Source: Candidatus Nanosynbacter lyticus
GTDB taxonomy: Bacteria; Patescibacteriota; Saccharimonadia; Saccharimonadales; Saccharimonadaceae
Assembly (NCBI RefSeq): GCF_000803625.1
Contig: NZ_CP007496.1
Coordinates: 510,001 to 542,000 of the forward strand
Direction: 5' to 3'
Length of the DNA: 32,000 nt
In this document: piece after piece, positions 27,260 through 32,000 of the stretch
Layout: every line of letters starts with the position of its first letter
Numbering within the stretch: the first letter of the stretch is position 1
Position numbers and translations under genes: made by a program
The notes under the pieces: generated by a model
The model's input: only the letters and a program-made list of their open reading frames with translations
Told to the model about the DNA's origin: nothing
Database searches by the model: none

Positions 27260-28708
27260 ATGAATAAACTTATTAAAAACTTAATCATAGCGGCGGCTAT
27301 TAGCGTTGCTATAGTTGGCGCCTACACACCAGCAACAGCAAGCGCCAACGGAGGAAGCTGGCAGAAGAATTCAACCGGATGGTGGTATAGAAATTCTGAC
27401 GGTAGCTGGCCTAGAAGTCAATGGAAGCACATAAACGGTAAATGGTACTACTTTGACGGAGGCGGATATATCATCCATAGCAAGTGGGAGTGGATAAATG
27501 GCTACTGGTACTACTTTAATACCAGCGGTCACATGATAGAAAACACCTGGAAGATGGTTGGAGACAAGTGGTACTACTTCGACACTAAAGGTCACATGCT
27601 ATCCAATCAATGGGTTGGCGACTACTACGTCGGTAAAGATGGCGATATGTTAAAGAATACCGTCACACCAGACAACTACGTAGTTGGAGGCGACGGAAAG
27701 TGGGATAAAAGGTTTTCAAGAGAATTAGCAGAGAAAGCTAAAAGCCCATTGAATAACCTATATAAGATTAATCGCTCCAAATATAGCATAGCCGGAGATC
27801 TTACCTTTGGAAAAAGAAATGAATACAATACAGCACTTCAGCTACTCGAGACAATTTACCCAGAATACAACGCTGTAGATAACGCAAAAAGGGCAATAAA
27901 AAAGATCGTAGACGACCAGAATAGCCCTAACAATCCCGCGCTATTGGTATTTCGACACTCGAAATATTCAATAACACGCAGCCTCACTTCCCATGACGTT
28001 AGCGAAAATACCCACAGTTACTATATGTTCTCAGAAGAAGAGGTTAATAAGGCTTTTGCGGCGCTAAGTAACGAAATCGACTTTACTAAATTCTTTAAAG
28101 ATCAGGCTATAAAGACTCTAAAGAATATAGAGCACGCCTACAGTATCTCATCAAAAAATAACTATGAAAAATTCCTCGCTACTAGAGGGTTTACTAAAGA
28201 GGAGATTGACAATGCATTTAAGTCTGTAAAGATAGATTTTGTAAAAAATGCTCAGCACGTAGCCAATAGAACCTTACACCTCAACAAGAAATCCATAGAT
28301 TCAAGATCGTACATCATAAAATATTTAACAGACAAGACTTACAATTATCAATTTACTAAAGAAGAGGCAGAAGAAGGAGTTAATCGCCTGAACTATGACT
28401 TTAAAATCAATCTGCGCAACCTTATTGAAATTAATTTCATAACCAATAACGATATCTCCTCAAGAGAATCCATAGTAGACCATGTAGTAAGGTACAATCT
28501 GTTCGAAGAGTCTGAGACCCGAGAAGTATTAAAAGAATACAATATCAATTACACTGAGCGAGCACGACTACGAGCTATAGATATCCTGAAAAACGCAAAA
28601 TATAGCAGAAGTAATTTGGAAAAAACTCTTATCGACCAGTGGAAGTTCACCAAGGAAGAAGCCACCAACGCCGTTAAGGATTTAAAGCACGAAAACCTAA
28701 CCGATTAA
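27260..28708 (+). CDS. Secreted protein: choline-binding-type cell-wall-binding repeats plus six Ltp-like helical repeats
   Basis: Signal peptide ending ATASA/NGG. Five to six CW_binding_1-type repeats (GWWYRNSDGSW, GKWYYFDGGGYI, GYWYYFNTSGHM, DKWYYFDTKGHM, DYYVGKDGDM). Then about six repeats of roughly 50 aa, most ending in F(T/S)xEE(A/I/V)xxA(F/V)-type motifs, for example YSRSNLEKTLIDQWKFTKEEATNAVKDL. Confidence 0.8.
   Translation: MNKLIKNLIIAAAISVAIVGAYTPATASANGGSWQKNSTGWWYRNSDGSWPRSQWKHINGKWYYFDGGGYIIHSKWEWINGYWYYFNTSGHMIENTWKMVGDKWYYFDTKGHMLSNQWVGDYYVGKDGDMLKNTVTPDNYVVGGDGKWDKRFSRELAEKAKSPLNNLYKINRSKYSIAGDLTFGKRNEYNTALQLLETIYPEYNAVDNAKRAIKKIVDDQNSPNNPALLVFRHSKYSITRSLTSHDVSENTHSYYMFSEEEVNKAFAALSNEIDFTKFFKDQAIKTLKNIEHAYSISSKNNYEKFLATRGFTKEEIDNAFKSVKIDFVKNAQHVANRTLHLNKKSIDSRSYIIKYLTDKTYNYQFTKEEAEEGVNRLNYDFKINLRNLIEINFITNNDISSRESIVDHVVRYNLFEESETREVLKEYNINYTERARLRAIDILKNAKYSRSNLEKTLIDQWKFTKEEATNAVKDLKHENLTD
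27356..27703 (+). repeat. In-frame tandem ~20-aa cell-wall-binding (choline-binding-type) repeats
   Basis: Recurring tggtactact-t(t/c)-(g/a)a DNA motif, seen at the WYYF(D/N) codons. Confidence 0.75.
27710..28705 (+). repeat. In-frame degenerate ~50-aa repeats (Ltp/PF07553-like)
   Basis: Repeat ends read from the translation: ...MFSEEEVNKAFAAL, GFTKEEIDNAFKSV, QFTKEEAEEGVNRL, LFEESETREVLKEY, KFTKEEATNAVKDL. Confidence 0.6.
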
Positions 28709-28723
28709 TTAACCTTTAATCAC

Positions 28724-28760
28724 AAAAGCAACTCAGCCTTAAAATACTGAGTTGCTTTTT
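28724..28760. terminator. Bidirectional rho-independent terminator
   Basis: Perfect 13-bp stem AAAAGCAACTCAG / CTGAGTTGCTTTT (28724..28736 and 28747..28759) with a 10-nt loop. U-runs are available on both strands. It lies between two convergent genes. Confidence 0.7.
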
Positions 28761-28781
28761 ATTACAAACAACTGTCGACGG

Positions 28782-29522
28782 TCAATATCGCATACACGCA
28801 ACGACAACAAACCTACCGCCAATATCGCCCGATGAGTGCGAAAAATAATTTGGATTGTCCGCCGTATCAATTGGCGAAATGAAAATGTTATCATCAGGAA
28901 CGCCCGCCCGGATAGCCAGCGAACGATTGAATCCTTGCATGTCCAGATAAATTCCGTCAGCCGTTTGATGGCAGAAATTTTGCCAATTGATGTCGTCTGC
29001 GTAATTAAAATAATCCATACAATAATTTTTCTGTGTGATGCTTGGCGACATCCAAATTTGTAAATCTTTTGCCCGGCTACCGCGCTCGACAAAATGCTGA
29101 ACTGCCCGAGACATTAACTGCACAACCGTCGAATGCCGACCTAAATGCGCCAGCATAAGTGCCCGGCGTTTTGGATCATATATAACGGTGGCGATACAGT
29201 CCGCCACTGGCAGGAACAATCCCACACCAGCCATTTCGGTATATAGTGCGTCAGCAAAAATACCTTCGTTGTTATGTCGGGTCGTGTCAGCTTCAGTAAC
29301 TTCGGCAATAGTATCAAACGTTTGTCCTTGGTCGTATGAAATCACGTGATAAACAACGTCGTCATACTTAACACCAGTTTGATCGCAAAACCGCCGCCGA
29401 TTCTCCAATACCTCAGCTACGTGGCGACCGCGAATACGATTGAGCATAGTGCCGTCGTCTTTCGACGAAACCGCAACTAGCAGATCGGACGGAAAGCAGA
29501 CGGGCTGATCTGCCGCAATCAT
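28782..29522 (-). CDS. pgeF: YfiH/PgeF (DUF152) family protein, a putative peptidoglycan editing factor / purine nucleoside phosphorylase
   Basis: FADALYT...LFLPVADCIATVIYDP...LAHLGRHS matches the family's ADA...ADC...H.GWRG pattern. YFSHS near the C-terminus. I prefer ATG 29522, which forms an ATGA overlap with the rsmA stop, over the track's start at 29534. Confidence 0.75.
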   Translation of the reverse strand: MIAADQPVCFPSDLLVAVSSKDDGTMLNRIRGRHVAEVLENRRRFCDQTGVKYDDVVYHVISYDQGQTFDTIAEVTEADTTRHNNEGIFADALYTEMAGVGLFLPVADCIATVIYDPKRRALMLAHLGRHSTVVQLMSRAVQHFVERGSRAKDLQIWMSPSITQKNYCMDYFNYADDINWQNFCHQTADGIYLDMQGFNRSLAIRAGVPDDNIFISPIDTADNPNYFSHSSGDIGGRFVVVACMRY

Positions 29523-30298
29523 CGCGCCCGCCATTCACTCAGTAGTCGCTGCCAATCGTTAATCGCCAAATCCTCAGCACGGACATCAGGCGAAATGTTA
29601 GCCTTTTTCAGCAACTGTTCGGCGCTATCTTTACTAACACCCAGTCCACCGCTCAAACTGGAGCGCAGTTTCTTACGCTTAGTAGAAAAACCAGCTTTGA
29701 CAATGCGGAAAAAGTCTTTTTGGTCTTCAGCGGCAACGAGCGGTTCATCACGAGTCCTCAATACCACTACTTGCGAATCAACTTTTGGCGGTGGCGTGAA
29801 AAATTGCCGCGGCACCTCAATATCGAGTTCTGCCTCGGCAAACAGCTGCGCGCTAACCGCTAAAATACTCATCTCACCAGGCTCCGCCGCGATACGCTGG
29901 GCGACTTCTTTTTGCACCAACAGCACCGCCAAGCTCGGTTTATTTTCCGCCGTCATCAACTTTTCAACAATTTTACTGGTGATGTAGTATGGCACGTTGG
30001 CGACTACTTTATAGTCCTTCGGCAGTTGATTCAGATCAAACTGTAAAATATCTTCATTGATCACTTCCAGGTTTTTGCCGGGAAATTGTCCTGGCAACTT
30101 GCGCGCCAAATCCGCGTCAAATTCTACCGCCACCACGCGCCCAGCTCGTGACAACAACCGACTAGTCAACGTGCCAAGTCCTGGCCCAATTTCCAAAACC
30201 ACATCATCGTTACTCAGTTCCGCTGCCTCGGCAATTTCCGCCAATATTTCTGGGTCGCGCAACCAATGCTGCCCCAACTCTTTCTTTGGACCCGCCAT
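29519..30298 (-). CDS. rsmA: 16S rRNA (adenine1518/1519-N6)-dimethyltransferase
   Basis: LGQHWLRDPEILAEI and VLEIGPGLGTLT (SAM motif), NVPYYITS. 259 aa. Confidence 0.93.
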   Translation of the reverse strand: MAGPKKELGQHWLRDPEILAEIAEAAELSNDDVVLEIGPGLGTLTSRLLSRAGRVVAVEFDADLARKLPGQFPGKNLEVINEDILQFDLNQLPKDYKVVANVPYYITSKIVEKLMTAENKPSLAVLLVQKEVAQRIAAEPGEMSILAVSAQLFAEAELDIEVPRQFFTPPPKVDSQVVVLRTRDEPLVAAEDQKDFFRIVKAGFSTKRKKLRSSLSGGLGVSKDSAEQLLKKANISPDVRAEDLAINDWQRLLSEWRAR

Positions 30299-31315
30299 CT
30301 AGCGACCATCTCCATTCGTCCAGTCAGTCGCCAAATCAAAACCATGCGGATGACGCACGGCAAAGCCGCCGGTATCATACACCTTGCCAGGACCCATACT
30401 GGTTTCCACCACCGAACAGCGCGGATAATTACCATAATTTGCCGCCACTAAAATATAGCCGTCCTTGTCTACTTTAGCGCCGTCTGCTCGCACCGTGTAG
30501 CCACCGCCGCCGCAAGCATTAATCACCACATTCATCGGCAAATCGTAATAAGTCTCACGATGGGCCACGCCTTTAGAATCGGTAAATATCTGCGCGCCCT
30601 TGCTTTTAGTCAGTGGGTTTTTAGGCTTGGTGCCAATTATTTCAACTTGCTTTTTTGGCTGCCGCATAATCTCACTAGACATTTCCCTACGTCCTACCTC
30701 ACGCTCACCATCAACTTCAACTTGATACGTTATCTTTCGCACACCCTTCTCACCCAACTGCCTCACACTCTTAAAGCCAATTGGTTGAGAATCGTCCTTT
30801 ATCTGTTCAATCTGAAAATCAATATCAGCTTCTTCCGTCACCGTTCGCTGTTTAGCTCGCTCAATCTTCATCACCAACCCCGCACCATTCACCAAAAGAT
30901 TTTCAGAATTTGTAAACTGCGTCTTATCTTCACGATAAAGCGTCATTCCTGCAGCCTTAGCAATCAAAGCTGGTGTTTGTTCGGCAGTGGTAATTTTTAA
31001 GCGTTTATTACCGTCAACGATTGTTATTGGGCGGGCGCGGAAGATGTTAACCTGGTATTTTGAACCTGTGAGCTCCATATCAATATTTGGTTCAACGGTG
31101 TCCATTTTCTCATCAATAGAAATCTTAGCGGCCTGCAGAGCCTGACGCACCGTTAAAGCATTTGTCACAATTGTTTTTTCTTCGCCACGATCATATACAC
31201 GAACCAAATGTCTACTAGGACTTTTTCCTTCGGCAAACGACAACATTGGCATTGCAAGCATAATCAACATAGCAAAGCCAATAATTTTTCCAAAAAATAA
31301 ACCTTTTGCTCGCAT
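30299..31315 (-). CDS. YabE-like wall protein: DUF348-type domains, G5 domain, C-terminal 3D/DPBB-like domain
   Basis: Signal/TM segment, then ubiquitin-like DUF348-type segments. G5 domain (...IGFKSVRQLGEKGVRKITYQVEVDGEREVGRREMSSEIMRQPKKQVEIIGTK). C-terminus with KVYDTGGFAV..HGFDLATDW resembles the 3D domain. I prefer ATG 31315 over TTG 31321. Confidence 0.78.
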   Translation of the reverse strand: MRAKGLFFGKIIGFAMLIMLAMPMLSFAEGKSPSRHLVRVYDRGEEKTIVTNALTVRQALQAAKISIDEKMDTVEPNIDMELTGSKYQVNIFRARPITIVDGNKRLKITTAEQTPALIAKAAGMTLYREDKTQFTNSENLLVNGAGLVMKIERAKQRTVTEEADIDFQIEQIKDDSQPIGFKSVRQLGEKGVRKITYQVEVDGEREVGRREMSSEIMRQPKKQVEIIGTKPKNPLTKSKGAQIFTDSKGVAHRETYYDLPMNVVINACGGGGYTVRADGAKVDKDGYILVAANYGNYPRCSVVETSMGPGKVYDTGGFAVRHPHGFDLATDWTNGDGR

Positions 31316-31349
31316 AATCAATCAGCATCTCACAGAGTGCATTAAGGGG

Positions 31350-31358
31350 ATTATACCA
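31350..31358 (-). promoter_or_regulatory. Extended -10 (TGgTATAAT) upstream of the YabE-like gene
   Basis: Minus strand: TGGTATAAT, followed by a leader of roughly 28-34 nt depending on the TSS. This one is not leaderless. Confidence 0.4.
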
Positions 31359-31371
31359 AATTACGAGATTA

Positions 31372-32000
31372 TTATCTATAGATGTCCTGCAAACCCATCT
31401 TTATCTTGCAAGTAGGCCACGGGCTCCAACCACGCCTTTGGTATAATTTCCAAGCGGCTTCATCTTGTTCAGCCGGCGTGGCATTACCGTACTTGCTCGG
31501 GTCGGCAACCGACGCCCACGTGCCTCTATTAAACTGATAAGCACCGTAATAGCCATTTCCAGTATTTGAAGTATAACTGCCCTCACAACTCCTTAGTCGA
31601 GATAACGCTTCAGAAAAACTGCCAGAAAATGTGTTCGAGCTTTTGGCGCCTACGATCTCAATCTGTTTTTTAGACTCCTTCGTTATAACGCTAGCGATCT
31701 CCTTACGGCTGACCTCTACTCCATTTTTCATCTCAATTTCATAAGTGACATTTTTCTTGCCATTTTCACCAGCCTGTTTTACTTCCCGATAGCCCAAATC
31801 TCGGTTAGCATCCTGAACTTTTTCAGTCTGGAATTTCACATCTTCCTCCACGGTCACGGTTTGCTTACCATTGCGCCACAATTCAATTTTCATTCCGGGC
31901 ACGATTCTTGCCGACTGATCAACAGATAGCGTATCATCTTTCTGTAAGGTAATATTTTTATCATTCAATAACTCATCGACTGTTTTTGCGTGAGTACGAA
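31372..32000 (-). CDS. RpfB-like protein (DUF348, G5, Rpf transglycosylase-like domain), 5' end outside the window
   Basis: The frame stays open upstream of the track's TTG at 31968 all the way to the window edge (...RTHAKTVDELLNDKNITL...). G5 domain (LGYREVKQAGENGKKNVTYEIEMKNG...). C-terminal CEGSYTSNTGNGYYGAYQFNRGTW...GWSPWPTC matches the Rpf catalytic domain pattern. Confidence 0.8.
   Translation of the reverse strand, partial: RTHAKTVDELLNDKNITLQKDDTLSVDQSARIVPGMKIELWRNGKQTVTVEEDVKFQTEKVQDANRDLGYREVKQAGENGKKNVTYEIEMKNGVEVSRKEIASVITKESKKQIEIVGAKSSNTFSGSFSEALSRLRSCEGSYTSNTGNGYYGAYQFNRGTWASVADPSKYGNATPAEQDEAAWKLYQRRGWSPWPTCKIKMGLQDIYR

Noticed and set aside
28739-29092. 117-aa minus-strand ORF overlapping the 3' part of the pgeF-like gene in another frame and running across the terminator hairpin.
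   Set aside because: The alternative frame (28782..29522) carries the DUF152 motifs. This ORF would include the terminator stem and has no recognisable features.

Overview
This window is very dense: about 96% coding by my tally, with 31 CDS, 26 of them on the minus strand. It is rich in housekeeping genes and looks like part of a small Gram-positive-type genome. I found no rRNA, tRNA, CRISPR array, transposase or integrase. Recognisable genes, in coordinate order: a Fur-family regulator-thioredoxin-cupin-NUDIX operon, an ABC exporter, dedA, uvrA, a sortase-anchored BNR/Asp-box propeller protein, sbcB, obg, a LysM-CHAP wall hydrolase, mltG, ruvX, ftsA-like, alaS (short form), rpsP, mnmA, a DUF218 protein, a cysteine desulfurase, tatD, metG, pgeF-like, rsmA/ksgA, and two tandem G5-domain wall enzymes (YabE-like and RpfB-like, the latter truncated at the window edge). 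The gene content, the shortened aminoacyl-tRNA synthetases and the Firmicute-like gene order suggest a reduced Patescibacteria/Saccharibacteria (TM7)-like lineage, but this is inference only. Most worth a second look: (1) a secreted protein that fuses choline-binding-type cell-wall repeats to six Ltp-like repeats, encoded on an AT-rich opposite-strand island; (2) an FtsA-like ATPase translationally coupled to an unassignable 541-aa bitopic membrane protein, inserted into the conserved alaS-ruvX-mltG order; (3) a recurring TGnTATAAT-N6-ATG geometry at operon-first genes, implying leaderless mRNAs driven by extended -10 promoters; (4) a perfect 19-bp palindromic operator over the promoter of the Fur-family regulator; (5) unassignable ORFs: a 279-aa orphan that overlaps alaS convergently, and a tightly coupled 98-aa/145-aa pair. 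All homology calls come from motif recognition by eye. No database search was possible.
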